Of a stretch of 32,000 nt of DNA, positions 1 through 10,349 are shown in pieces. The number at the start of each line of letters is the position of its first letter. Position 1 is the stretch's first letter. The notes beneath the pieces are model-generated. The model did not search any database, was not told where the DNA came from, and worked only from the letters and a program-made list of their open reading frames with translations. The position numbers were made by a program, and so were the translations under genes. The stretch spans positions 305,026 to 337,025 of the forward strand of contig NZ_BCZP01000005.1 of the NCBI RefSeq assembly GCF_001598795.1. Reading direction: 5' to 3'. The DNA is from Delftia acidovorans NBRC 14950 (GTDB lineage Bacteria > Pseudomonadota > Gammaproteobacteria > Burkholderiales > Burkholderiaceae_C).

Positions 1-47
1 AGCTGCCCTGTGCCAGGGAGCTGGCCGCCTGCCGGCCCTGACCGGGC

Positions 48-1193
48 TCAGGCCTGCAGCGCAACCGCCCAGGCGTCGTAGCCGTAGACGCCATCGGCAT
101 TGCCACCGGCGCGCAGCCAGTTGTTGCCGCGCGAGCCGATCTGAATCTCGCTGGTGCGCTGCATGCGCATGGCCTGGTAGCGCGCCAGGACCTCGGGCAC
201 CTGCTGCGGACCCGGGGCGGCATCCAGGTTGCGGGCCAGCACCACGGCGTCTTCGATGGCCATGCCTGCGCCCTGGGCCATGAAGGGCATCATCGGGTGG
301 CAGGCATCGCCCAGCAGCGTGATGCGGTCCTGCGACCAGGCCGGCAGGGGATCGCGCTCGTACAGCGCGGTCTTGAGCACGCCATCGCAGGCGTCGAGCA
401 GCGCCCGGGCGTCGGGATGGAAATCGGCGTAGAAGCCGCGCAACTCCTCGACGCTGCCGGGCGTGGTCCACGATTCCTCGTGCCAGGAATCCTGGGCCGT
501 GGTGGCGAAGATGAAGGTGTCGCGCCCCTGGTTCAGCGGAAAGGTCACGATCTGGCTTTGCGGCGTGGCGCCCCACCATTTGGTGAAGGCCTGGATGTCG
601 GGCACATGGCGCACGCGCTCGGTGGGCACCACCGCGCGGAAGGCCACCACACCCGTGAAGCGCGGGCTCTCGGCACCGAACAGGGCCGCGCGCACCACGG
701 AGTGGATGCCGTCCGCGCCAATGAGTGCGTCCAGCCCGGCCACTTCGCTGCCATCGGTGAAGGCGATGTCCACGCCGTGCCCCGTCTGCGTGATCTGGCT
801 GGCACGCTTGCCCAACTGCACCTGGTCCAGCGGAAAGGCATCGGCCAGCGCGGCCAGCAGATCGGCGCGGTGGATGGTCAACTGCGGGGCGCCGTACTTG
901 CGCTCGGCCTCGTCACCCATGGTCAGGCGCGAGGTTTCCTCGCCCGTGTCCCAGTTGCGGCTGATGCGGTGCGTGGGCCGGGCGGCGCTGGCGCGCACGG
1001 CGGCGGCAATGTCGGCGCCCAGGCCATCGAGGGCGCGCACGGCATTGGGCGTGAGGTTGATGTCCGCGCCCACGCGCAGAAACTGCCGGCTTTGCTCGAA
1101 CACCAATACTTCATGCCCTGCCTGGTGCAGCGCATTGGCTGCCGCCAGTCCGCCAATGCCTGCTCCGACGATGCCTATCCTCAAACGCGCCAT
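48..1193 (-). CDS. FAD-dependent aromatic monooxygenase (salicylate / 3-hydroxybenzoate hydroxylase-like)
   Basis: ORF 48..1253. It has a GxGxxG fold (IGIVGAGIGGLAAA), GADGIHSVVR, and the LLGDACHPMMPFMAQGAGMAIEDA FAD fingerprint. I moved the start to Met21 (ATG at 1193), which is preceded by GGAGAC. Confidence 0.85.
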   Translation of the reverse strand: MARLRIGIVGAGIGGLAAANALHQAGHEVLVFEQSRQFLRVGADINLTPNAVRALDGLGADIAAAVRASAARPTHRISRNWDTGEETSRLTMGDEAERKYGAPQLTIHRADLLAALADAFPLDQVQLGKRASQITQTGHGVDIAFTDGSEVAGLDALIGADGIHSVVRAALFGAESPRFTGVVAFRAVVPTERVRHVPDIQAFTKWWGATPQSQIVTFPLNQGRDTFIFATTAQDSWHEESWTTPGSVEELRGFYADFHPDARALLDACDGVLKTALYERDPLPAWSQDRITLLGDACHPMMPFMAQGAGMAIEDAVVLARNLDAAPGPQQVPEVLARYQAMRMQRTSEIQIGSRGNNWLRAGGNADGVYGYDAWAVALQA

Positions 1194-1360
1194 GATTCCT
1201 GTCTCCTGCTGGTGGGGTCTATTCGGTGATGCGCCCCGTGATCCGGAGCGCACCGATGCAGGACATTGTCTTTTTGACAGGCCTCAGGCCTCAACCTCCG
1301 CAAGGCCCGAATTGGGCACGATTCGTCCCCATCGGCGCCGGCACATGTGCGGCAGGCGCC

Positions 1361-3964
1361 TCAGTCCACGCGCCGCAGTTGCCCTTGCGCCAGCAGCTTG
1401 TCGCGCATGCGGCGCGTCATGGACTGGGTGCTGCCGTCGGTGGCCGTGAACAGGAACAGCGTCTGCTGCGGGCTGACCCAGGTCAGCTGGGTGCGGATGC
1501 ACTGCCGGGCGTTGGACAGTTCCACCCAGGTGCCCAGTGCCCAGTCTTCGGACACCACGGGAACCACCGGCGGCGGTGGCTCCAGGGGCAGCGCGGGCTC
1601 GGCAGGCATCGGGGCGGCTTCGCCACCGGCCAACGCAGCCTGCCCCGCAAGCCCAGCAAAGGCCTGCGGCGCTTGTGCAGCCGGGGTGGCCGGCAGCTCA
1701 TCCTGCAGCGCCTCGGGCAGTTCCAGGTCCTGCTCGGTCAGCGCGCCGATATCGTCCGCCATCGGCTGCCGCACATCGAGCGGCACCGGCAGGGAGGCCG
1801 CCACGCCAAACAAAGACTGCGGCAGACGGCCCGCCAGGGAGCCGGGCGTTGTCTGGCCAAGCGTTGCCGCACCATTGGAGGAAGACAGGGACGCCAGCAC
1901 CGAGTCCGACCCGTAGATGGTCGGCGGTATGGAGTCCAGATAAATGTCCACGCTCTCTATGGGCTGGCGGACCACACCGGCATCCAGCGCGTCCTGGTGC
2001 AGGCCGGCCAGGCGCGCGGCAAAGGCCTGGATTTCCTCTTCCGTACGCCCCACGCTGCGCAGGCCGGCGCGCAGCCGGGCCTGCAGCCGGGGTGCCAGCG
2101 CCACCAAGCGGTCGGTATCACGGCCCGCATGTGCCGACACGCTCCACAGCAGGCTGGGCACCAAGGCCAGATAGCCGCCGGGGTCCCGAGCCTCGCTGCC
2201 GTCCACGGGTTCCTGAACGCTGGCGATCACTTCGGCCCAGGGTCCCGTGGCGAATTCCAGAATGTCATCGGGCACGCCCTGGGCGCTGGGCAGGCGCCGG
2301 ATGGCGGCTGCAATCTGCTCGGCCCTGGGCATGGCGGTTTCGGGCCAGCGCGGGTCCACGCCCCGCCTTTCCACATGCCTGAGCGCAGCCGAGACAGGCC
2401 CGGTCACCGTGCCGCCTTCCGGCATTTCGCCAGGACCCACGGGCTGCATGCCGCTGCCGCCCCAACCGTCGCGCAGTTGCTGCAGCACCGTGGCAAAGGC
2501 CGACGCATCGGCACGCTGCAGGGCCGCCAGCCGCATGGCGGCGGAATCGGCCACCTGCAGGAATTGACCGTAGCCCGGCGCGGATTCACTGTCGAACCAC
2601 AGGCTGCGCGCCGTCAGCTCATCCAGCAGTTGGCGCGCGGGGTGGCTGCGGTCTTCAAAAAAGCGTGCGTCCTGGACCACCAGCTGCTGCAGCAGCGGCT
2701 CCAGACGGCCCACGGTGCGCTGCACGGAAGGCAGCAGGCGCGTGTCGGCCGCCATGAAACGCATCATGCGCTGCAGGGTGTGCAGCGCGGCGCCGTCGTC
2801 GGCGCGCACGCCGGGTGCGGGCTCCTGCTGCTCGGGCGGCTGCAGCGCCTGCATCAGTTGCTCCAGCTGGGCCGAGTGGTGCTGCACGGACTCCAGTGCC
2901 ATGCAGCTCAGCGAAGTCCAGCCTTCGGGCAGCGCCGCCAGCACGGTGGGTGCCGTCTCGCTGCCCTGCCAGGCGGTGGTCTGCAGGCGGCTTGCGCCGT
3001 CCATGGCCGGCGCAAACTGCCCGGGCACGGAATAGGCGGATGTGTGGGCCAGCGCCAACATGGAAGAAGGCGCCGCAGCGGGCGCCTCGCGGTGCGAATC
3101 CATCCAGCGTGGATCGGACAGCAGGGCCGCCACCAGGCGCCGCGTCAGCTCATCTTCCTGGGCCTGCTGGCCAAAGGAGCCATAGGCGCGGCTCTGGGCC
3201 ACGGCATCGCCATAGTGGGAAGGTGCCCGCCAGCGGCTTTGCCCCGGCAGGTCGGAATGGCGGCGTCCCGCGTCGGGCGAAGGGGCCTGTACCGGCGCCA
3301 GGCCATAGGCCGCAGGCTGCACCCCCTTGTCACGCAGGGATTGGGCGATATGGCCGTACTCGGACACCAGCAGCGCACCCAGGTGCTCGCGCATGAAGCC
3401 CAGCCAGCAGGCGGCGGAGCCGGGGTCCACCCCGGTGTCGTCGATCACGCGCTGCAGCGCCTGCACATAGCTGTGGGGCCGCAGCGGATTGCGTTCGGGC
3501 TGGACACGGTCCAGGCCCTGGACGGCGCTGACCAGGGCATCGAGCTCGGCCAGCGCGATCTCCACCTGCGGCGCCACATGCTGCAGCAGGCGCTGGTGGG
3601 CCAGCTGCGACTGCAGCACGGAGTCGTCCAGGAGGGAGAGGGAGGCGAAATCGGTGGTGCCGGGCACACCGGACGCACCGGACATGCCAGGCACAGGGGG
3701 CCAGGCAGCAGCGCCGCCGGATTGACCAAAGCATTCCAGCAGCGCCCGCCCATAGCCCTTGAGCATGGGCGCCCGGTGGCGGGCCAGCAGCTCCAGCGCC
3801 TCGGGGATTTCAGCGCGGCGCGGCAGGCCGGAGCCCGGCTGGTCGGCCTGCTCCATGGCATGCGCCGTGCGCTGCAGCAGCCGCAGGATCAGCGCCTCCG
3901 AGCCGCGAACAGCCTGCACCAGGCAGGCTTGCAACGCGGCAACAGAAACGGGTGGAGGATTCAT
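1361..3964 (-). CDS. large conserved hypothetical protein, DUF1631-like
   Basis: 867-aa ORF with host-like codon bias. The helical Ala/Leu/Gln-rich sequence and the C-terminal segment WVELS..QLTWVSPQQTLFLFT match my memory of the proteobacterial DUF1631 family. No catalytic motif seen. Confidence 0.6.
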   Translation of the reverse strand: MNPPPVSVAALQACLVQAVRGSEALILRLLQRTAHAMEQADQPGSGLPRRAEIPEALELLARHRAPMLKGYGRALLECFGQSGGAAAWPPVPGMSGASGVPGTTDFASLSLLDDSVLQSQLAHQRLLQHVAPQVEIALAELDALVSAVQGLDRVQPERNPLRPHSYVQALQRVIDDTGVDPGSAACWLGFMREHLGALLVSEYGHIAQSLRDKGVQPAAYGLAPVQAPSPDAGRRHSDLPGQSRWRAPSHYGDAVAQSRAYGSFGQQAQEDELTRRLVAALLSDPRWMDSHREAPAAAPSSMLALAHTSAYSVPGQFAPAMDGASRLQTTAWQGSETAPTVLAALPEGWTSLSCMALESVQHHSAQLEQLMQALQPPEQQEPAPGVRADDGAALHTLQRMMRFMAADTRLLPSVQRTVGRLEPLLQQLVVQDARFFEDRSHPARQLLDELTARSLWFDSESAPGYGQFLQVADSAAMRLAALQRADASAFATVLQQLRDGWGGSGMQPVGPGEMPEGGTVTGPVSAALRHVERRGVDPRWPETAMPRAEQIAAAIRRLPSAQGVPDDILEFATGPWAEVIASVQEPVDGSEARDPGGYLALVPSLLWSVSAHAGRDTDRLVALAPRLQARLRAGLRSVGRTEEEIQAFAARLAGLHQDALDAGVVRQPIESVDIYLDSIPPTIYGSDSVLASLSSSNGAATLGQTTPGSLAGRLPQSLFGVAASLPVPLDVRQPMADDIGALTEQDLELPEALQDELPATPAAQAPQAFAGLAGQAALAGGEAAPMPAEPALPLEPPPPVVPVVSEDWALGTWVELSNARQCIRTQLTWVSPQQTLFLFTATDGSTQSMTRRMRDKLLAQGQLRRVD

Positions 3965-4024
3965 GGCCCGAAGAATACAGGCTCCAGCCCGTGCCGGAGG
4001 CGCTTTGAGGCTTGCCTTTGATGC

Positions 4025-5686
4025 TTACTTCAGTGCCTTGTAGCGCATGCGCTTGGGCTTGGCACCCTCCTCGCCCAGACGCTTTTTCTTATCGGCTTCG
4101 TACTCCTGGTAGTTGCCGTCGAAGTACACCCATTGCGAATCGCCTTCGGCCGCCAGGATGTGCGTGGCGATACGGTCGAGGAACCAGCGATCGTGGGAGA
4201 TCACCAGCACCGTGCCCGCGTACTCCAGCAGCGCATCTTCCAGCGCGCGCAGGGTTTCCACGTCCAGGTCGTTGGAGGGCTCGTCCAGCAGCAGCACGTT
4301 GCCGCCCTGGATCAGCGTCTTGGCCAGGTGCAGGCGGCCGCGCTCGCCGCCGGAGAGGTTGCCGACCTTCTTTTGCTGGTCCTGGCCGTTGAAGTTGAAG
4401 CGGCCCGCGTAGGCACGCGACGCCATCTGGAACTTGCCGACGTTGATGATGTCCAGCCCGCCCGAGATGTCTTCCCACACCGTCTTGTCGTTGGCCAGCG
4501 CGTCACGCGTCTGCTCCACATAGGCCATCTTGACCGTCTGGCCCACGATGACTTCGCCGGAGTCGGCCTGCTCGCGCCCCGCGATCAGCTTGAACAGCGT
4601 GGACTTGCCGGCACCGTTGGGGCCGATGATGCCGACGATGGCGCCAGCGGGGATGTTCATGGTCAGGTTGTCGATGAGCACGCGGTCACCAAAGCTCTTG
4701 GTGACGTTGTTGAACTCGATGACCTGGGTGCCCAGGCGCTCGGCCACAGGAATGAAGATTTCCTGGGTTTCGTTGCGCTTTTGGTATTCGAAATCGCTCA
4801 GCTCCTCGAAGCGCGCGATACGGGCCTTGGACTTGGTCTGGCGGCCCTTGGCATTCTGGCGAACCCACTCCAGTTCCTTCTTCAGGGCCTTGGCGCGGGC
4901 TTCCTCGCCCTTTTGCTCGGACTCCAGGCGGCTTTGCTTCTGGAACAGCCATTCGGAATAGTTGCCCTTGTAGGGAATGCCGTGGCCACGGTCCAGTTCC
5001 AGAATCCACTCGGCAGCGTTGTCCAGGAAGTAGCGATCGTGGGTGATGGCCACCACGGTGCCGGTGAAGCGGTGCAGGAACTGCTCCAGCCATTCCACGG
5101 ACTCGGCATCCAAGTGGTTGGTGGGTTCGTCAAGCAGCAGCATGTCGGGCTTGGACAGCAGCAGCTTGCACAGGGCCACGCGGCGCTTTTCGCCACCGGA
5201 CAGCTTGCCGATCACGGCATCCCAGGCCGGCAGGCGCAGGGCGTCGGCAGCAATCTCCAGCTGGTGCTCGGAGTCGGTGCCGGCAGCGGCGATCTTGGCT
5301 TCGAGCTCGCCTTGCTCGGCGGCCAGCGCGTCGAAGTCGGCATCGGGCTCGGCATAGGCGGCGTAGATTTCATCGAGGCGCGAACGGGCCGCGTTGACTT
5401 CGGCCATGGCCTCTTCCACGGCCTGGCGCACGGTGTGCTCCGCATTGAGCTGCGGCTCCTGCGGCAGGTAGCCGATGGACAGGCCCTGCATGGGCAGCGC
5501 CTCGCCTTCGAATTCCTTGTCCACCCCAGCCATGATCTTGAGCAGCGAGGACTTGCCCGAGCCGTTCAGACCCAGCACGCCGATCTTGGCGCCCGGGAAA
5601 AAGCTGAGAGAGATGTCCTTCAAGATCTGCCGCTTGGGCGGCACGGTCTTGGTGAGGTGGTTCATCGAGAAAACGTATTGAGCCAT
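4025..5686 (-). CDS. ettA: energy-dependent translational throttle protein EttA (ABC-F ATPase)
   Basis: Canonical EttA N-terminus MAQYVFSMNHLTKTVPPKRQILKDISLSFFPGAKIGVLGLNGSGKSS. Two Walker A motifs (GLNGSGKS, GPNGAGKS) and two LSGGE(K/R) signatures. Length is 553 aa from Met31 of the tracked ORF. Confidence 0.93.
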   Translation of the reverse strand: MAQYVFSMNHLTKTVPPKRQILKDISLSFFPGAKIGVLGLNGSGKSSLLKIMAGVDKEFEGEALPMQGLSIGYLPQEPQLNAEHTVRQAVEEAMAEVNAARSRLDEIYAAYAEPDADFDALAAEQGELEAKIAAAGTDSEHQLEIAADALRLPAWDAVIGKLSGGEKRRVALCKLLLSKPDMLLLDEPTNHLDAESVEWLEQFLHRFTGTVVAITHDRYFLDNAAEWILELDRGHGIPYKGNYSEWLFQKQSRLESEQKGEEARAKALKKELEWVRQNAKGRQTKSKARIARFEELSDFEYQKRNETQEIFIPVAERLGTQVIEFNNVTKSFGDRVLIDNLTMNIPAGAIVGIIGPNGAGKSTLFKLIAGREQADSGEVIVGQTVKMAYVEQTRDALANDKTVWEDISGGLDIINVGKFQMASRAYAGRFNFNGQDQQKKVGNLSGGERGRLHLAKTLIQGGNVLLLDEPSNDLDVETLRALEDALLEYAGTVLVISHDRWFLDRIATHILAAEGDSQWVYFDGNYQEYEADKKKRLGEEGAKPKRMRYKALK

Positions 5687-5953
5687 TCTGGTCCGAGTAC
5701 TTGAATCGTTGATTTCTGCAAAAACCGGGCAACAAATCGGTTGCACGCCAGCCGTGATTATCGGCGCATGCGACAATACCCTGCGTCACGGGTTCCAGTT
5801 GCCCGTGACATCAGCATTCCAGCTGGGGACGATGGACGCTGTTTTCCAGGCTCCCGACATTGAACTACATCCGCCTACGACTGGTCCGGCAACCGCCCTG
5901 GTTGCCTCGACAGGCAGATACCCAGCGCCCCGGACGGGCGCATCTTTGATCAC

Positions 5954-7759
5954 ATGACATTTGAAGAACTGAATCTGGCTCCCGCCATTCTGAAGGCCGT
6001 GCTTGAGGAGGGTTACGAGAACCCGACTCCCATCCAGGCACAGGCCATCCCTGCGGTGCTCGCCGGCCACGACCTGCTGGCAGGTGCCCAGACCGGCACC
6101 GGCAAGACCGCTGCCTTCACCCTGCCCATGCTGCAACGCCTCTCGCAAGGCCAGGTGCCGCGCAACAAGTTCGGCGGCAAGGGCATCCGCGCCCTGGTGC
6201 TGACGCCCACGCGTGAACTCGCCGCACAGGTCGAGGAATCGGTGCGCAGCTATGCCAAGTACCTGGACATCAACTCCACCGTCATCTTCGGCGGCGTGGG
6301 CATGAAGCCCCAGATCGACCGCATCAAGAAGGGCGTGGACATCCTGGTCGCCACGCCGGGCCGCCTGCTGGATCTGCAGCAGCAAGGCTTCATGGACCTG
6401 TCCACCGTCGAAGTCCTGGTGCTCGACGAGGCCGACCGCATGCTGGACATGGGCTTCATCCATGACGTCAAGAAGGTGCTGGCCCTGGTGCCCAAGGACA
6501 AGCAAAGCCTGCTGTTCTCGGCCACCTTCAGCGACGAGATCCGCGACCTGGCCAACGGCCTGCTGCGCAACCCGCAGTCCATCCAGGTCACGCCCAGCAA
6601 CACCACCGTGCAGCGCATCACCCAGGTGATCCACCCCGTGGGCCGCGGCAAGAAAAAGCAGGTGCTGCTGCACATCATCAACGAGAACAACTGGAGCCAG
6701 GTTCTGGTGTTCACGCGCACCAAGTTCGGCGCCAACAACGTTGCCGAATTCCTGACCAAGAACAACATCAGCGCCATGGCGCTGCACGGCAACAAGAGCC
6801 AGAGCGCCCGCACCCAGGCCCTGGCCGGCTTCAAGACCGGCGAGCTGCGCGCCCTGGTCGCCACCGACATCGCTGCACGCGGCATCGATATCGATGAGCT
6901 GCCGCACGTCGTGAACTACGAGATCCCCAACGTGTCCGAGGACTACGTGCACCGCATCGGCCGCACGGGCCGTGCCGGTCGCGAAGGCCACGCCGTCAGC
7001 CTGGTCTGCATGGACGAAGAAGGCTTCATGATGGACATCGAGCGCTTCACCAAGCAGGAAATCCCTGTGCAGGTGCTCGAAGGCTTCGGCCCCGAAGAGG
7101 ACGAAGTGGCCGAACCCATCGCCATGGGCCGCCAGACCATCTGGGGCGGTGCGGGCAAGCCGCCCAGCCGTGACGTCATGCAGGCCGCCGCCAAGGCTGC
7201 GCGCCAGGAAATGATGGACCGCATCCGCACCACCAAGGCCACCCAGCCCGACCGTGGCGGCCGCGCAGGTGGCCGTGGTCAGGCTCCCAAGGCCGGCTCG
7301 GACGAAGGCCGATCCGAAGGCAACGCCGGCGGCCAGGGCCGTGGCCGCAACCACGCCGGTGCAAGCGCCAACAACAAGCCGCGCCGCGATCGCTTCGATG
7401 GTCCGGGCAATGGCTCCGGCGCCGCCCACCGTCCCAAGGCAGCCCCCCAGAACGCCCCCAGGCGCGGCCCGCGCCCTGACGGCGAAGGCGGCGGCGGCGG
7501 TGTCCGTCGCTTCGATGACCAACCCCCGCGCGCTGATGCCCACCTGGGCACGCAGCTGGGCCATGCACGCAGCAGCGGCCCCCGTGGCAGCGCAGGTGGC
7601 GGCCAGCCCGATCCGATGCGCACCAGCGTGGACACCATGGCCGAACGCGGCCGCCGTGGCGGCTTCAACCGCGGCGGCAATGGTGGCGGCGGTGGTGGTG
7701 GTGGCGGCTTCGGCGGCGGTGGCCGCGGCGGCCCCTCGCGCGGCGGCTACGGTCGCTGA
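5954..7759 (+). CDS. rhlE: DEAD-box ATP-dependent RNA helicase (RhlE-like) with long Gly/Arg-rich C-terminal tail
   Basis: Q motif (GYENPTPIQ), motif I AQTGTGKT, motif [13 protein letters not shown], motif [12 protein letters not shown]. The tail ends in [28 protein letters not shown]. Confidence 0.9.
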   Translation: MTFEELNLAPAILKAVLEEGYENPTPIQAQAIPAVLAGHDLLAGAQTGTGKTAAFTLPMLQRLSQGQVPRNKFGGKGIRALVLTPTRELAAQVEESVRSYAKYLDINSTVIFGGVGMKPQIDRIKKGVDILVATPGRLLDLQQQGFMDLSTVEVLVLDEADRMLDMGFIHDVKKVLALVPKDKQSLLFSATFSDEIRDLANGLLRNPQSIQVTPSNTTVQRITQVIHPVGRGKKKQVLLHIINENNWSQVLVFTRTKFGANNVAEFLTKNNISAMALHGNKSQSARTQALAGFKTGELRALVATDIAARGIDIDELPHVVNYEIPNVSEDYVHRIGRTGRAGREGHAVSLVCMDEEGFMMDIERFTKQEIPVQVLEGFGPEEDEVAEPIAMGRQTIWGGAGKPPSRDVMQAAAKAARQEMMDRIRTTKATQPDRGGRAGGRGQAPKAGSDEGRSEGNAGGQGRGRNHAGASANNKPRRDRFDGPGNGSGAAHRPKAAPQNAPRRGPRPDGEGGGGGVRRFDDQPPRADAHLGTQLGHARSSGPRGSAGGGQPDPMRTSVDTMAERGRRGGFNRGGNGGGGGGGGGFGGGGRGGPSRGGYGR

Positions 7760-7816
7760 CCTGCACCACGGCTCCTTGGCATGCCCTGCGGCAAGCCGAG
7801 GAATCCGCCAGCAAAA

Positions 7817-7853
7817 AAAGGGCTGCATCTCCCCGGGGCTGCAGCCCTTTTCA
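7817..7853 (+). terminator. rho-independent terminator after rhlE
   Basis: Stem GGGCTGCA (7820-7827) pairs with TGCAGCCC (7840-7847) and is followed by TTTT. An A-run precedes the stem, so it may work in both directions. Confidence 0.75.
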
Positions 7854-8001
7854 CATGGCGCAGATTGCGCATTCAGCCGACAGCGCGCCGCAAGCCTGCA
7901 TGGCTATCATCCCGATAGCATTGCGGCCTGCGGCGATTGAAGGCCGCGCCCTTTTCCCGGATTTCCAAAGACTCCCCCGACTGGTTCCTCAAGGCCACGC
8001 C

Positions 8002-9759
8002 ATGACACTGCAGACCCCACACGCCACCCCCTCCAGCCAGCGCCCCGATTCGGAGCTGCCACAGGACAGGTTGCGGTGGTCGGCCCTGGCGTGCGCAGCC
8101 CTGCTTTCCGCCTGCGCCAGCACCCCGCTGCCGCCATGGCCCACCACCTCCAAGCCCCAGGCGCCCGCCCCCACCCGGCCGGCCCCGGCCACCCCGGTGG
8201 TGCCCCAGGCGACCACGCAGCCCATCGCGCCGGCCAACAACCTGGTCCCCCTGCCCTACAACGCGGCCGTGGCTGCGCGCTTTCCCGATCCAGCCACCCG
8301 CTACGACACACCGGGCCTGGCACCGCAGCGCAACCAGTTCACCACGGCCAGCGAACTGTCTTCCTGGCTGAACAGCCAGGCCAGCAAATCCCTGGGCCGC
8401 GACACGCGCCTGGGTATCGTGCAGCCCGGCAGCTCGCAGCGCGGCAGCCCCATCCAGGCACTGGTGGCCACGCGCGCACCCGGCATTCAGCCGTCGGCGC
8501 TCTATGACAGCCGCCGCCCCACGGTCATGCTCGTGGCCGGCCAGCACGGCGACGAACCTGCGGGTACGGAGGCCTTGCTCATCATCGCCCGCGAGCTCGC
8601 TCCCGGCGGCCTGCTGGAGCCGCTGCTGCAGCAGATCAACGTGATCCTCGTGCCGCGCGCCAACCCCGACGCCGTGGAAGCCGGCACGCGCAATGCAGCC
8701 GATGGCACCGACATCGCCCATGACCACCTGCTCCTGAACACGCCGGAGGCCAAGGCCCTGGCCACGCTGGCGCGCGACTACCGCCCCGTCGCCGTGGTGG
8801 ACCTGCAGGAATTCCCCGCCGCCAGCATCTTCCTGCAGAAGTACCAGGCCATACAGCGCTACGACGCCCTGCTGCAGTACTCGGCCGCGGCCAACCAGAA
8901 TGAATTCGTGACCAAGGCTGCGCGCGAGTGGTACACGGCGCCGCTGCGCACCGCGCTGTCGCAGGCCGGGCTGAGCAGCGACTGGTACTACACCACCAGC
9001 CAGGATCTGCAGGACAAGTCCATCTCCATGGGCAGCCTCGCGCCCGATTCGCTGCGCAACGTCAGCGGGCTCAAGAACTCGGTGGGCTACCTGGTCAGCA
9101 GCCGTGGCTCGGACCTGGGCCGCGCCCACATCCAGCGGCGCGTGCATACCCTGGTCACCGCGTCCACACGCATGCTGCATTCCAGCGCCGAGCGCGCCAA
9201 GGACCTCACCCAGGTGCAGGCCTTCGTGGCGCGCGAGACCGCCTCCCTTGCCTGCCACCAGCAACTGGCCGTACTGGCCGAGCAGACCCCCGAGCAGCGC
9301 ACCCTCACCATGATCCAGCCCGACACGGGCGCCGACCAGCAGGTGCGCGTGGACTGGAACGCTTCGCTGCAGCCGCGCACCACGCTGTCGCGCCCGCGCT
9401 CCTGCGGCTACTGGCTGTCCGCCAGCGCCCAGCCCGCCGTGGACAGGCTGCGCCTGCTGGGCCTGCAGGTGCTCAAGGTGGCCGAGCCCGGCCAGCTGCT
9501 GGCCGACTCGTACAACGAAGCCCGCTCGGCCACGCCCGCCAGCGGCGCCTATGCGCTCACGCGCGGCGCTGTCGAAGCGCCCGTGGGCAGCTACTACCTG
9601 ACGATGAACCAGCCCATGGCCAATCTTGCCGCTGCGGCGCTGGAGCCGGACACGCCCTACAGCTACCTTGCACGCGGCCTGGTACCCACGATGACCGACA
9701 TGGCGCGCGTGATGGCGCCTCCTTCGGTGGTTTTCGAGGAAGAAGACGACGCCGAATGA
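8002..9759 (+). CDS. M14-family zinc carboxypeptidase-like lipoprotein
   Basis: Start at Met50 of ORF 7855..9759. It gives a signal peptide with lipobox LLSAC. The HxxE zinc motif sits in MLVAGQHGDEPAGTEALL. A Pro/Ala-rich linker follows the lipobox. Confidence 0.7.
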   Translation: MTLQTPHATPSSQRPDSELPQDRLRWSALACAALLSACASTPLPPWPTTSKPQAPAPTRPAPATPVVPQATTQPIAPANNLVPLPYNAAVAARFPDPATRYDTPGLAPQRNQFTTASELSSWLNSQASKSLGRDTRLGIVQPGSSQRGSPIQALVATRAPGIQPSALYDSRRPTVMLVAGQHGDEPAGTEALLIIARELAPGGLLEPLLQQINVILVPRANPDAVEAGTRNAADGTDIAHDHLLLNTPEAKALATLARDYRPVAVVDLQEFPAASIFLQKYQAIQRYDALLQYSAAANQNEFVTKAAREWYTAPLRTALSQAGLSSDWYYTTSQDLQDKSISMGSLAPDSLRNVSGLKNSVGYLVSSRGSDLGRAHIQRRVHTLVTASTRMLHSSAERAKDLTQVQAFVARETASLACHQQLAVLAEQTPEQRTLTMIQPDTGADQQVRVDWNASLQPRTTLSRPRSCGYWLSASAQPAVDRLRLLGLQVLKVAEPGQLLADSYNEARSATPASGAYALTRGAVEAPVGSYYLTMNQPMANLAAAALEPDTPYSYLARGLVPTMTDMARVMAPPSVVFEEEDDAE

Positions 9760-9844
9760 CGGCCAGGGCGCCAGGGCACGCCGCCAAGCCCTGAGCGCCC
9801 GCCCATTGCGGGTATGATCCGCGCTGGCCCGTCAGCGGCCATAC

Positions 9845-9921
9845 CTGCCCGTAGCTCAACCGGATAGAGCAATTGCCTTCTAAGCAATAGGTCGGGGGTT
9901 CGAGTCCCTCCGGGCAGGCCA
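9845..9921 (+). tRNA. tRNA-Arg (anticodon TCT), CCA encoded
   Basis: Hand-folded cloverleaf. Acceptor CTGCCCG/CGGGCAG, D arm GCTC..GAGC, anticodon arm ATTGC-CTTCTAA-GCAAT, T arm GGGGG-TTCGAGT-CCCTC, discriminator G, then CCA. Confidence 0.93.
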
Positions 9922-10349
9922 TCCTGGCATCCCAAGAAATCCCAATGCGTCCAAAGAAGTCCAAGGGCCCGCACTGGTCTCGGGCTTCAGGTACACCTAG
10001 CTTTCGATGTCGTCCAACGGCGCCCCGGTGGCGCGATACACGCGTGACGTGATGCCATCCGGCGTGGGTTCGACGTGCCTGACTACGTGCCTGACTAACG
10101 GCAAGCACCGGGACATTGCCGTGCTCTACGGGCAGGATCGATGGCGCACAAGAGCTGTCTCCTGGCGTCCGCTCGGCGCAGATGCAACACGACAGCCGCG
10201 TGATCGCACGGTCCCGACTGATTGAAAATCTGGTCGCTCTGGAAAAGCAGCTTCCGGAGGTGGAAGACATCCAGGCACCCGGCCGGATCGTTCATTTGTC
10301 AACGATGAAGACGGAGCTCCGGGTGGTAGCCAGTCGGCTTCCCGGCAGC

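Noticed and set aside
1226-4021. A 931-aa plus-strand ORF, and similar long ORFs at 4133..5704 (+), 5786..7828 (-), 7873..9264 (-), 10116..11282 (+), 11995..13029 (-), 16122..17609 (+), 18444..19376 (+) and 22969..24456 (+).
   Set aside because: All lie antisense to, or out of frame with, genes that have clear domain signatures. Their translations are Arg/Gly/Ala/His/Pro-rich low complexity, which is typical of stop-poor alternative frames in high-GC DNA.
5785-5809. A perfect 8-bp hairpin GTCACGGG-N9-CCCGTGAC lies in the 267-nt ettA/rhlE divergent intergenic region and might be a regulatory leader for rhlE.
   Set aside because: It is a single short hairpin with no T-run, no recognisable motif and no comparative data, which is not enough to call a feature.
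9922-10349. A possible genomic island inserted at tRNA-Arg. I noticed a perfect 12-nt tandem repeat ACGTGCCTGACT x2 at 10073-10096 and a short C-terminal-looking frame ending ...VYRATGAPLDDIES*.
   Set aside because: I could find no integrase, no direct repeat of the tRNA 3' end downstream and no composition shift. The small frame is under 40 codons with no recognisable family.
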